64,000 nucleotides of DNA from an uncultured Gemmatimonadales bacterium (GTDB lineage: Bacteria > Gemmatimonadota > Gemmatimonadetes > Longimicrobiales > RSA9): positions 2,944,001 through 3,008,000 of the forward strand of contig OY970192.1 of NCBI GenBank assembly GCA_963708135.1. Direction: 5' to 3'. The translations under genes and the position numbers were made by a program. The stretch's first letter is position 1. Each line of letters begins with the position of its first letter. Under the pieces are notes generated by a model. That model was not told the origin of the DNA, searched no databases, and saw only the letters and a list, made by a program, of their open reading frames with translations. Shown here piece after piece: positions 50,156-61,235 of this stretch.

Positions 50156-51670
50156 TCAGCCGCGGACCCGCTCGAAGCGGTCGGCGCTCACGTACATGCC
50201 GTCGACGTGGCCGGACGCGTCGCGGGTGAAGCGGACGGGCTCGCCCGCGCTGCCGCCCCCGACCTGGATGAAGGCGTCCGGGTGTCCGGGATCCGGCTGG
50301 AGCACGACGTAGCTGGCGGCCGGCGCGTCAGTGGACCAGAGCACGAGCTTCTTCTGGATGATCCTCACCTCGTACTCCTCGTCGGTGGGTTCCCAGCGGT
50401 AGGTGCCGAGATAGTCGTTCCACGCCACCGGCGGCGTCTTCCACTGCGTGGACGTGCGGCGGGCCTCGATCCGCTCGAGGACGGGCAGCAGGATCTCGAT
50501 GGCGTCCGTGGCCGCGGGCGCGGGATCCGTCTCGGTATTGGTCATGACGATGGCGGCCAGCCGGGCCGAAGGCACGATCGACATCTGCGAGCGGAACCCG
50601 CCCACGTAGCCGGCGTGCCCGACGGCCAGCGTGTTGTCCGCCGTGCGCCAGAGGGCGAGGCCGATGCCCTGGCCGGACTTCCAGTCGGGGCTCATCCACT
50701 GCACGGTCTGCATCTGGTGCACGGAGGAGCCGCGCAGCACCGGGCTCGTCGTATCCGCGGGATCCTCCATCTGGAGCATGGCGAAGCGGGCGAGGTCGAG
50801 AGGCGTGGTGTAGAGCCCGGCGGCGGGGACGAGGCCGCGGAAGTCCTCGGCGTGGGCGGGCGTGAGCGGCCGCGTCGCCGTCGGCCCGACGTAGCCCGTG
50901 GCGAGGTGCGCCCGGACTGGCGGGGTGAGCGCCATGGCGCTGGAGCGCATGCCGAGCGGCTCCAGGATGTGGTGCCGCACGTACTCGGCGTAGGGCTCGC
51001 CCGCCGCGCGCTCGAGCGCCCAGCCGAGCAGCGAGAAGCCCACGTTCGAGTACTTGTGCGCGTGCTGCGGCGGGAACGGCGGCGCCTCGCGCGAGAGCAT
51101 GGCGAGCAGGCTGTCGCGCGTGGGGAAGGCGTCGTCGCGCCAGTACGGGACGTCCACCTCCCGCTCGAGCCCGGAAGTGTGCGTGGCCAGCTCCCGCAGC
51201 GTGATCGGCGGCGCCCCCGGGCGCGGGTGTGCGAGCCGGAACGCCGGCAGGTACTCCCGGACCGGGTCGTCCAGCCGGACCTTCCCCGCGTCCCGGAGCT
51301 GCATGAGCATCGTGGCCGTGAAGCACTTCGAGATGGAGGCGACACGGTAGACGGTCTCCGGCGTGGCCGGCACCTTCTTCTCCACGTTCGCGTAGCCGTA
51401 GCCGCGGGCGAAGACCACGCTGTCGCCGTAGACGATGGCGACCGACATCCCGGGCAGCCGCTGCTCCTCGCGGAAGGCGTGCATGTGCGCGTCCACCAGC
51501 GCGAGCGCCGCGCGGAGCTCCGGGTCCGCGTAGACGCCGCTATCCTGGGCGGGCGCCGCCTCCTGCGCCGCGAGCCCGGCCGGCGCGAGCCCGAAGCCGA
51601 GCCCGGGCGCCAGGCCGAGCAGGGCGACGCTGAGCCGGGCCCGCAGGCCCCCGGGCGCGCGCGGCCTCAT
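50156..51670 (-). CDS. Serine hydrolase, beta-lactamase class C/AmpC-like family
   Basis: ASISK (SxxK), LATHTSG, YSN and GHAG; signal peptide. Confidence 0.92.
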   Translation of the reverse strand: MRPRAPGGLRARLSVALLGLAPGLGFGLAPAGLAAQEAAPAQDSGVYADPELRAALALVDAHMHAFREEQRLPGMSVAIVYGDSVVFARGYGYANVEKKVPATPETVYRVASISKCFTATMLMQLRDAGKVRLDDPVREYLPAFRLAHPRPGAPPITLRELATHTSGLEREVDVPYWRDDAFPTRDSLLAMLSREAPPFPPQHAHKYSNVGFSLLGWALERAAGEPYAEYVRHHILEPLGMRSSAMALTPPVRAHLATGYVGPTATRPLTPAHAEDFRGLVPAAGLYTTPLDLARFAMLQMEDPADTTSPVLRGSSVHQMQTVQWMSPDWKSGQGIGLALWRTADNTLAVGHAGYVGGFRSQMSIVPSARLAAIVMTNTETDPAPAATDAIEILLPVLERIEARRTSTQWKTPPVAWNDYLGTYRWEPTDEEYEVRIIQKKLVLWSTDAPAASYVVLQPDPGHPDAFIQVGGGSAGEPVRFTRDASGHVDGMYVSADRFERVRG

Positions 51671-54600
51671 CGGACGATCACCCCGGCCGCACCGACGGAG
51701 GCGAGCAGCGCGTTGAAGCTCGCCACCGGGCCGCCCTCGAGGGCCCGCAGCGCGGCCAGCCGGCGCTGCAGCACCGCGGACAGCTCGCCGAACACCTCCC
51801 CGTCCTGCGTGGTGGGCGCCGCCTGCGCGGAGAGCACCATCTGGTTCAGCGAGAGCAGCTTGTTGTAGAGCTGGATCGGGTAGGCCAGCGTGGACTCGCC
51901 GGCGTGGCAGTGGACGCACACGAGCGCGCCGCGGAGCGCCTCGAGGGTATCGGTCACCGCCGTGGCGGCGGAATCCACGCGGGCGGCGTAGGGCCGCCCC
52001 TTCGTCGCCTCGGTCCAGTGGTGGAGCTGCGTCTCGATGGCGCCGATCCGCCCGACCGCGGCCGACACGGAGTCGATCGCGTCGTGGATCCCGAGCGCCA
52101 GCCGCCGCTGCGCCGCCAGGTCGGCCGCCGTGGCGGCGACGCGCGGGTCGGGCCGGACGACGAGGGGACGGGTCTCGCTCGCGCCGTCCACCGTCAGCCG
52201 CACCGAGTAGGTGCCGGGCAGGACCAGCGGCCCGGTGAGCATGCCCTCGTCCTCCACGATCCCCTTCACGCCCTTCGCGTCCGGCGTCCGCAGGTCCCAC
52301 ACGAAGCGGTTCAGCCCGACGCGGCGGCTGGGCACCGAGTCGGCGGGCTCGAAGGCGAGCGAGTCGTGCTCGATGCGAGGACGGGCGTTCGGCCGCGTAG
52401 CCGAAGCCTTCAGCGTGTCCGCCGCGACGCCGCCTGGCGTTCTCCCGCCGGCCGCGGCCTTCTCCGCGGCCACCGCCGCCGTCGCGCGCCCGCCGCCGGC
52501 CGGGAAGCGGCGCACCACCTGGCCGGCCGAGTCGAGGACCTCGAGACGCACCTCGTGCGCGGGTGCCTTCCCCAGGGCGTAGTCGATGATGGCGCCGTAG
52601 GGGGGGTTCTCTCCCGCCCCGCGGGCGCGGCCCCGGCCGCGGCCGGCGTAGAGCATGGCGGGCGCGGGCGCGAAGAGGTGCGCGGGCTCCGCCGCCACGG
52701 CGGCGCTCCACTCGCGTAGCGGCGTGATGTCGTCCAGCACCCAGAAGGCGCGGCCGTGGGTGGCGGCGATGAGATCGTTGCCATGGACGGCGAGGTCGCG
52801 GACCGAGGCCTGGGGCAGGTTGAGCTGGAGGGGGGCCCAGTGCGCGCCGTCGTCGAAGGAGACCCGGACGCCGGTCTCGGTCCCGGCGAAGAGCAGCCCG
52901 GAGCGCACGGGGTCTTCGCGGATGGCGCGCGTGTAGGCGCCGACCGGAATGCCGGCATCGATCCGCTTCCAGGTACGCCCGAAGTCGGTGGTCTTCCACA
53001 AATAGGGGCGGAAGTCGTCGAGCTGGTAGCGGTTTGCCGCGGCGTAGGCCGTGCCGGCGTCGTGGTGGCCGGGCTCGATGATGCTCACGCGCGTGAAGGC
53101 GGGCATGTCCCGCGGCGTCGCGTCCGCCCAGTGCGCGCCGCCGTCGCGGCTGACGTGGACGAGCCCATCGTCGCTTCCCGCCCAGAGAACGTTCCCATCC
53201 ACGGGCGACGGGGCGAACGCGAAGATCGTCGCGTACCACTCCGTCCCCGTCATGTCGAGCGTGATGGGCCCGCCGACGGGTCCCATGGTGGCGGTGTCGT
53301 GGCGGGTCAGGTCGGGGCTGATCACGCTCCAGCTCCGGCCGCCATCCGTCGTGCGGTGCACGTACTGGGAGGTGGCGTAGAGAGTGTTCGGGTCGTGCGC
53401 CGCGAACACGATCGGGAAGGTCCACTGGAAGCGGTACTTCACCTGCGCGGACGTGTAGCCGTCGGAGTTGTTGAGCCACGACGAGACGTCGAAGTCCGAG
53501 TGCGTATGGTGGTCGTAGCGGGTGATCGTGCCCATGTAGCTGCCGGCGAACACAGTGCTCGGGTCATCAGGCTTGGGCGCGATGTAGCCCGACTCGCCGC
53601 CGCCCACGGAGTACCAGTCGGACGTCGTGATCGCCCCCGCGTCCGAGCGGCTCGCGATGGAGACCGTCGAGTTGTCCTGCTGCGCGCCGTAGATGCGGTA
53701 GGGGAGCTGGTCGTCCGTGGTGACGTGGTAGAACTGCGCCGTCGGCTGGTTCCCCTGCGTGCTCCACGTCTCGCCGCCGTCCAGGCTGATCGTGGCGCCG
53801 CCATCGTTGCCCTCGATCATGCGGTCCGGATCGGCCGGATCGATCCACAGGATGTGGCAGTCGCCGTGTGGCGTGCGCACCCGCTCGAAGGTCCGTCCGC
53901 CGTCGATCGAGCGCCACGTGCCCAGGTTCATCACCCACACCGTGTTCACGTCCCCCGGGTCCGCCGTCACCGCCGAGAAGTACCACGGCCGGATCATGAA
54001 CTTCTGGTCCGCGTTCATCCGCCGCCACGTGGCGCCGCCGTCCCGCGAGCGGAAGATCCCGCCCGCCGAATCCGCCGCCTCCACGCTCGCGTAGACGACG
54101 CTCGGGTCCACCGGCGAAACAGCGACGCCGATCCGGCCGAGCGGCGCATCGGGCAGCCCCGGCACGGAGGAGAGCTCGCCCCAGGTGTCGCCCCCGTCCG
54201 TGCTCTTCCACAGCCCGCTCCGCCCGCCGCCCGCGCTGAAGCCCCACGGCATGCGCTCGAACTTCCACATGGCCGCGTACAGCACGCGCGGGTTCTTCGG
54301 GTCCAGCGCCAGGTCGATCGCGCCCGTGCTGTCGTTCACGAACAGCACCCTCCGCCAGCTCTTGCCGCCGTCCGTCGTCCGGTAGACGCCCCGCTCCGGG
54401 TTCGGTCCGAACGCGTGCCCAAGCGCCGCCACCCACACCCGATCCGGATCCCCCGGGTCCACCCGGATCGCCGCGATGTGGCGCGTGTCCTCCAGCCCCA
54501 GGTGCGTCCACGTCGCGCCGCCGTCCGTCGAGCGGTACATCCCCGTGCCGTACGTGATGTCCTCGCGCGGATCCGACTCGCCGCCGCCCGCGTAGACCAC

Positions 54601-55011
54601 GTTGGGATCCGACGGCGCCACCGCCACCGCGCCGACCGACGCGAGCGACGTCTTCCCGTCCGTCACGTTGCGCCACGTCTCGCCCGCGTTCTCCGTCTTC
54701 CACACGCCGCCATCCACCGCGCCGAAGTAGAAGACGCGCGGGTCCGATGGGTCCCCCGCCACCGCATCCACCCGCCCGCCGCGGAAGGGGCCCACCAGCC
54801 GCCAGCGGAGGCCCCGGAGCGCCGGCGGCGTGCGCGCCGTGTCGGCCCCCAGAAGGGAGAGCGGCGCGCCGCCGCTCGCGCGCTGCGCCCACGCGGGGAC
54901 GGGCGTCTGCACGGCGAGGAGAAGGGCCGCAAGGGCGAACGGCACGGGGACAGCCGCCTTCACGGCGCGGACGAGTGTCGCCACGGCGGACAGCGCGGGC
55001 ACGGGACGCAT
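51667..55011 (-). CDS. VPS10/BNR-repeat beta-propeller protein (putative glycosyl hydrolase)
   Basis: WRLVGPFRGGR, many SxDGGxTW Asp-boxes, GAQQDN and ATHGR. Confidence 0.9.
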   Translation of the reverse strand: MRPVPALSAVATLVRAVKAAVPVPFALAALLLAVQTPVPAWAQRASGGAPLSLLGADTARTPPALRGLRWRLVGPFRGGRVDAVAGDPSDPRVFYFGAVDGGVWKTENAGETWRNVTDGKTSLASVGAVAVAPSDPNVVYAGGGESDPREDITYGTGMYRSTDGGATWTHLGLEDTRHIAAIRVDPGDPDRVWVAALGHAFGPNPERGVYRTTDGGKSWRRVLFVNDSTGAIDLALDPKNPRVLYAAMWKFERMPWGFSAGGGRSGLWKSTDGGDTWGELSSVPGLPDAPLGRIGVAVSPVDPSVVYASVEAADSAGGIFRSRDGGATWRRMNADQKFMIRPWYFSAVTADPGDVNTVWVMNLGTWRSIDGGRTFERVRTPHGDCHILWIDPADPDRMIEGNDGGATISLDGGETWSTQGNQPTAQFYHVTTDDQLPYRIYGAQQDNSTVSIASRSDAGAITTSDWYSVGGGESGYIAPKPDDPSTVFAGSYMGTITRYDHHTHSDFDVSSWLNNSDGYTSAQVKYRFQWTFPIVFAAHDPNTLYATSQYVHRTTDGGRSWSVISPDLTRHDTATMGPVGGPITLDMTGTEWYATIFAFAPSPVDGNVLWAGSDDGLVHVSRDGGAHWADATPRDMPAFTRVSIIEPGHHDAGTAYAAANRYQLDDFRPYLWKTTDFGRTWKRIDAGIPVGAYTRAIREDPVRSGLLFAGTETGVRVSFDDGAHWAPLQLNLPQASVRDLAVHGNDLIAATHGRAFWVLDDITPLREWSAAVAAEPAHLFAPAPAMLYAGRGRGRARGAGENPPYGAIIDYALGKAPAHEVRLEVLDSAGQVVRRFPAGGGRATAAVAAEKAAAGGRTPGGVAADTLKASATRPNARPRIEHDSLAFEPADSVPSRRVGLNRFVWDLRTPDAKGVKGIVEDEGMLTGPLVLPGTYSVRLTVDGASETRPLVVRPDPRVAATAADLAAQRRLALGIHDAIDSVSAAVGRIGAIETQLHHWTEATKGRPYAARVDSAATAVTDTLEALRGALVCVHCHAGESTLAYPIQLYNKLLSLNQMVLSAQAAPTTQDGEVFGELSAVLQRRLAALRALEGGPVASFNALLASVGAAGVIVR

Positions 55012-55428
55012 CGGGGTCTGCTCCTGGGTCGGGTGGAGGTGGGGCAGGATGCGAGGCGCGCCGGGAGGCGCGCAAGCCCGGCGCCCGGAATGGCGGCGTC
55101 GGAGGCCGGGACCAAGACCGACAGCGGCCTCCTCGGCCGACTCGTTGCTCTCCCTGCTCCTTCCGACGGCCTCGCGCACCCGCTGGGCCGGGCGCAGGGG
55201 CGAGCAGGATCGGCGAGCGAACCCGTTGTGAGGATCGTAACCGCCTTCTTGATCGGCATTCGGGAAGAAAGGCGCATCGGGCGCCTCTCGGCGACGCCCC
55301 GACCGCGATCTTGCCCGATTTCCGAGATGTTTCTCGATCCGGACGGTCTGGCGCCCGTCCACTGCGCCATCTCTGATCGCGCCGCCACTGGAGTCGGGCG
55401 GCCTCGACGGAGAGGTGCACGCCGTACC

Positions 55429-55473
55429 TTGCCGGTGCCCGGACCTTCCATCATATTATCCGGATCAACGGAT
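55429..55473 (+). promoter_or_regulatory. Promoter and palindromic operator of the sahR-like/ahcY operon
   Basis: TTGCCG(55429)-N17-CATATT(55452); ATCCG-N6-CGGAT at 55458-55473. Confidence 0.65.
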
Positions 55474-56443
55474 GAAGGAGGGAGCGATCGCCAGCCCTAC
55501 GGTGGTACCGAACGTCTTCGAGCGCATGAGCGCACTGGCCGATGGGACGCGGGCGCGGCTGCTGCTCGTGCTCGAGCGACACGAGCTGACGGTGGGCGAG
55601 CTGTGCGCGGTGGTGCAGCTGCCGCAGTCGACGGTGAGCCGTCATCTGAAGGTGCTGGCGGGGGAGGGGTGGGTGGCGTCGCGGGCGGACGGCACGAGTC
55701 GGCGCTACCGGATGGCGCCGGAGCCGGGCTCGGAGGCGGAGCGGTTGTGGCAGGTGGTGCGGGGTTCGGCTGCGGTGGCGGTGGAGGCGGAGGCGGATGC
55801 GGTAAGGGCGGGGAGCGTGCTGGCGGAACGGCGCTCGCGCTCGCAGGAGTTCTTCCGGACGGCGGCGGGGCAGTGGGATGCGTTGCGGGAGGAGCTGTTC
55901 GGGGAGCGCGGGCCGCTGGTGGGGCTGCTGGGGCTGCTGGAGGGGAGCTGGGTGGTGGGAGACCTGGGGTGCGGCACGGGGGTGCTGGCGGCGGCGCTGG
56001 CGCCGTTCGTGGCGTGGGTGGTGGCGGTGGATGCGTCGCCTGGCATGCTCTCGGCGGCGGAGGCGCGCCTGCAGGGGCTGGGCAACGTGGAGCTGCGGGT
56101 GGGGGAGCTGGAGGCGCTGCCGGTGGCGGACGGCGAGCTGGACGCGGCGGTGCTGTCGCTGGTGCTGCACTACCTGCCGGAGCCGCGAGCGGCGCTGGCG
56201 GAGGCGGCGCGGGCGCTGAAGCCTGGCGGGCGGCTGCTGGTCATCGACATGCTGCCGCACGAGCGGGAGGAATACCGGGAGCGGATGGGGCACGTGTGGC
56301 TTGGGTTTCCGGCGGAGCAGCTGGAGGGCTGGCTGGGCGCGGCAGGACTGGAGCTGGCGGCGTACGTGGGACTGCCTCCGGATGCGGGGGCGAAGGGGCC
56401 GCTGCTGTTCGCGGCGACGGCGCGGCGTCGGGGCGTGGGCTGA
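55472..56443 (+). CDS. ArsR-HTH plus SAM-binding methyltransferase-fold regulator (SahR-like); start uncertain
   Basis: ALADGTRARLL..QSTVSRHLKVL; DLGCGTG; LVLHY..LKPGG; directly upstream of ahcY. Confidence 0.9.
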   Translation: MKEGAIASPTVVPNVFERMSALADGTRARLLLVLERHELTVGELCAVVQLPQSTVSRHLKVLAGEGWVASRADGTSRRYRMAPEPGSEAERLWQVVRGSAAVAVEAEADAVRAGSVLAERRSRSQEFFRTAAGQWDALREELFGERGPLVGLLGLLEGSWVVGDLGCGTGVLAAALAPFVAWVVAVDASPGMLSAAEARLQGLGNVELRVGELEALPVADGELDAAVLSLVLHYLPEPRAALAEAARALKPGGRLLVIDMLPHEREEYRERMGHVWLGFPAEQLEGWLGAAGLELAAYVGLPPDAGAKGPLLFAATARRRGVG

Positions 56444-56489
56444 GGTCGGGTGATCGGATCTTCAGGGGAGCTCAAGCGGGAGGAGACGG

Positions 56490-57974
<1,485 letters not shown>

Positions 57975-57996
57975 AAGGACGGGCTGCGGGCGGGGC

Positions 57997-58033
57997 TGGC
58001 CCTTGGCGGAAAGGGCCACTTATGTTATTTTAT
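57997..58033 (+). terminator. Probable intrinsic terminator after ahcY
   Basis: TGGCCCTT-GGCGGA-AAGGGCCA stem-loop followed by T-rich CTTATGTTATTTTAT. Confidence 0.55.
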
Positions 58034-58201
58034 AGCATAAGGTTACGGCATACGACAGGAGTCCGACGGGGGTGGTCCGGATCGTGCACCTGAGGGGGCG
58101 CGACGGCACGGCGGACGCGGGACGGAGTTTCGGCCCGGCAGAGGGGGAAGCGGGCTCTGGGGGGGCCGGTTGGGCGGTGTCTTTGGATGGAGGTGAGCGG
58201 C

Positions 58202-58648
58202 ATGCGTGTCCTAACGAGAGCACTGGTGGTGTCCTCTCTGGTGGTCGGCATGACGGGCTGCGGCCGGAAGGACCAGGCGCGCGACGTCCTGAACCAGGAC
58301 GCGCTGCTACCGCAGTCCGGCGCGGTGGTGTCGCCGGCGGAGATGGGACTGGACTCGCAGTTCGCGGAGGCGATGTCGGGTTCGCCGGCGAGCGCGCCGG
58401 CTCCTGCGGCGCGGCCGGTGAGCACGCCTCGCTCGACGCGTCACACGTACAGCTCGCGGAGCTCGGCGCCCGCGCCGACGCGGACGGTGAAGCACACGAA
58501 GCGTGACGCGGCGATCGGCGCGGCTGCGGGCGCGGCGGTCGGCGGGCTGGCGACGCACAGCGTGAAGGGTGCCGTGATCGGCGGCGTGGTGGGCGGCGTG
58601 CTGGGCGGCGTGGTCGGCAACAACGTGGACGTGCAGCACAAGCACTGA
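58202..58648 (+). CDS. Glycine-zipper lipoprotein
   Basis: RBS GGAGG; lipobox MTGC; KRDAAIGAAAGAAVGG..GAVIGGVVGGVLGG. Confidence 0.85.
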   Translation: MRVLTRALVVSSLVVGMTGCGRKDQARDVLNQDALLPQSGAVVSPAEMGLDSQFAEAMSGSPASAPAPAARPVSTPRSTRHTYSSRSSAPAPTRTVKHTKRDAAIGAAAGAAVGGLATHSVKGAVIGGVVGGVLGGVVGNNVDVQHKH

Positions 58649-58679
58649 CGTCGCGCGCAGACGTGGCGGGAGCGGGACG

Positions 58680-58716
58680 GAGGGGCCCGGGCGAAATCGC
58701 CCGGGCCCCTCTCTTC
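58680..58716. terminator. Hairpin terminator between convergent genes
   Basis: GAGGGGCCCGGGCG-AAAT-CGCCCGGGCCCCTC followed by TCTTC. Confidence 0.8.
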
Positions 58717-58750
58717 GTGCGCGTCCTGTTACGCTCGGCGGACGGTTTGC

Positions 58751-60976
58751 TCAGTCGTTGTGGCCGAGGATGAGGGTGTCGTCGCCGGCGGTGATGGTGA
58801 CGCTTCGGGAGAGGAATCCGGCCACGCCGGCGGCGGCGGCGAGGTCGACGAGGTAGACGCCGGCGGCACGGATGAAGAGCGACTGGGTGCAGAGGGCGGC
58901 GAGCTGGCCGACGATGCGCTCGAGCATGCCGTTGTCGGGCTCGTCGCGGGAGAAGGCCTCGGCGAGGGTGCGCAGGCCGCTGGTGAAGGAGGCGCAGGCG
59001 CCGGCGATGTCCCCATCGAGGTCGATGAGTCCGCCGAAGGTGTAGGGGTCGGGCGGCTGGAAGCGGCCCTCGCGGGCGGCCAGCGCGGTCGAGATCCTGC
59101 GGAAGTATCTCCCCGCGGCGCCCGCGTAGTCCTGGGCCTCGTGGCCGGGGTCGCGCAGGTAGGCGTCCCAGAGAGGCGTGTAGTAGGTGCGGCGCAACCT
59201 GACGTCGGCGCGCAGCGGCTCGTCGGTGTCCAGGAGCGGCATGGCGGCGGCGAGGGCGCCGGCGAAGCCGGGAGCTCCGCCGGTGAGCAGATGGTCGCAC
59301 ATGCGGCGAAGCGCGCCGTGGTCGATGCGGAGCTGCAGGCTGGTGGTGAACGACTTCTCCTCGGCGCCCGGGAGCTGCTTCTCGACGTCGGGCGGGTCGG
59401 CGGGGCCCAGCGCGCCCCAGATGAGGGCGGTGTCGAGCTGGGCACGCAGGTCGGAGCGCAACTTCCCCGCCCTGCCCTCCCAGACGAGCAGCAGGCCCGC
59501 GCGGTATTCGGAGAAGCGCGGCACGGGGCCGGCGGAGAAGCCGTCCATCCTGGCGGCGAGCGTGCCGGACCAGTCGACGTGGCCGCCCGGCCAGCTACCG
59601 TCGTAGCCGCGAGCGGCGGTGAAGGAGACGCGCTGGTGGCCGGCCGCGTCGGCGTCCGTCAGGCGGGTCGTCCGGCGCCGGTCCTTGCCCGAGAACTTCC
59701 AGCGGCCGATGCCGAGGGAAAGCCCGAAGCTGCTCCGGCTGTCGACGCTCTTCTGGCCGAGGAAGGTCTCGAGATCGAGGCCCACCTCGCCGGCCCGCAG
59801 CGCGTCGAGCACGACGCCGAGGCGGCCGCGCAGCAGATGCGGGTGGTAATGCCGGAGCGGGGCCTCGCCCCGGATGACGACCTGGAGGAGGCTGGAGGTG
59901 CTCTCGATGCGCTGGTAGGAGTAGCTGAAGCCGAGGGCGACGGCTCCCTTGACCGCGTCCTCGACCGCGCCGCTCACGTGGTCCTTGACGGTCTTCACGA
60001 GGTCGTCCCCGGTGGGCAGGCCGAGCCGCCGAGCGATCCCCTCCAGCAGTCGCCGCTGCGCGTCGGTGAGGGAGCCGGTCGCCGCGGCGAGCGCGTCGCG
60101 GACGGCCTTGCCGAGCGTGGCCTCGACGACGGAGTCCAGCACCATGCCGAGCGCGGCCGGGTCCGGCAGCGAGACGCTGAGGTTCAGCCCCGCGCCGCCG
60201 GAGGCGGTCGTCGACCGCGCCTTGCGCACGGCTGCGCGATAGTGGCCCGGCGTGCCGGCGACCCCGGAGAAGACGACGAGGAAGCGGTCGCGCACGGCTA
60301 CGGACGCGTCCAGCGTCGCACTGGCGGCGACACGGATGGGAACGAGCGTGGGCGCGGAGACGAGCGGGGCGAGGGCGTGCATGGCGCCGGAGAGGACATC
60401 GGACCAGGCGAGCTTCAGGCTGGCCTGGATCGAGCCGGGCACCTCGAGCAGGAGCGCGTCCTCGGGGCCGAGCGCGAGCACGTCCTCCACGCGGAATGCG
60501 AATCGTGGGCTCGTGAGCGCGGCGCGCGTGGCGGCCGGCGCCTGCTCGGTGCACGCCCGGCACGTGTAGCTCGCGAGTATCAGGGCGGCGTCGGCTTCGA
60601 CGTCGAAGCCGAGGTCGGCGAGCCTGGTGCCGCCGCTCGCCCGCACGCTCGCCGTGACGCCGGTCTTGAGCCAGGCCGCGTCGGCGTGGAAGGCGATGGG
60701 TGGTGGCGGATCGCCGGCGGCGCCGGACAGGACGCCATCGTCGTCGTGGTCGTCGGCCGCGTTGAAGAGCTGGACCTCGAGCGCCGCCCCGGCGCTGAGC
60801 CGGAACACCGCCTGGCCGGCGAGGGGCGGGGCGGGCAGGTCCAGGGGCAAGGCGAAGCCCTCGCCCAGCGGGACGGCGAGCAGCTTCGCGCCGAGACCCG
60901 GATCACAGAGCTGCTTCGCGGGGATGGCGTCGAGCACGGAATCGGCGACGCCGAGCACGGCCTTGACGGTGGACAT
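58751..60976 (-). CDS. Hypothetical protein, 741 aa
   Basis: Protein-like composition; RBS GAGGGTG before ATG; no recognised motif or signal peptide. Confidence 0.8.
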   Translation of the reverse strand: MSTVKAVLGVADSVLDAIPAKQLCDPGLGAKLLAVPLGEGFALPLDLPAPPLAGQAVFRLSAGAALEVQLFNAADDHDDDGVLSGAAGDPPPPIAFHADAAWLKTGVTASVRASGGTRLADLGFDVEADAALILASYTCRACTEQAPAATRAALTSPRFAFRVEDVLALGPEDALLLEVPGSIQASLKLAWSDVLSGAMHALAPLVSAPTLVPIRVAASATLDASVAVRDRFLVVFSGVAGTPGHYRAAVRKARSTTASGGAGLNLSVSLPDPAALGMVLDSVVEATLGKAVRDALAAATGSLTDAQRRLLEGIARRLGLPTGDDLVKTVKDHVSGAVEDAVKGAVALGFSYSYQRIESTSSLLQVVIRGEAPLRHYHPHLLRGRLGVVLDALRAGEVGLDLETFLGQKSVDSRSSFGLSLGIGRWKFSGKDRRRTTRLTDADAAGHQRVSFTAARGYDGSWPGGHVDWSGTLAARMDGFSAGPVPRFSEYRAGLLLVWEGRAGKLRSDLRAQLDTALIWGALGPADPPDVEKQLPGAEEKSFTTSLQLRIDHGALRRMCDHLLTGGAPGFAGALAAAMPLLDTDEPLRADVRLRRTYYTPLWDAYLRDPGHEAQDYAGAAGRYFRRISTALAAREGRFQPPDPYTFGGLIDLDGDIAGACASFTSGLRTLAEAFSRDEPDNGMLERIVGQLAALCTQSLFIRAAGVYLVDLAAAAGVAGFLSRSVTITAGDDTLILGHND

Positions 60977-61235
60977 GATTCACCCTCGAGCGGCTCGGGG
61001 CTTGCGGCAACGGCAGTGGAGGGCGAAGCTAATGCGCACCCGGGAGTCGGCTTTGTCAAGAGACGCGTTCCGCACGACGCGCTAACGGCCGGCTCCCTCC
61101 ACGCTGTCAACCGGCGCCGGCGCGTCCGGCATGGACCATGCGCCGCGCGCAGCCAGCTCGCTCCCGCCGCCGCGCCGAGACCGCGCCGGGCTTGCCGGCC
61201 GAACACGCCAGGACCGCACCCCACGGAGAACGCGA

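Noticed and set aside
50156..51670. Antibiotic-resistance beta-lactamase
   Set aside because: Motifs only place it in the broad serine hydrolase family; no mobile context.
56444..56489. SAH riboswitch upstream of ahcY
   Set aside because: The gap is only 46 bp with no recognisable motif; a protein regulator is present instead.
58003..58041. dif site or operator (TTATGTTATTT resembles a XerD arm; CTTATG..CATAAG palindrome)
   Set aside because: No credible XerC arm at the right spacing; the tract is explained as the U-rich tail of the ahcY terminator. An operator role is not excluded.
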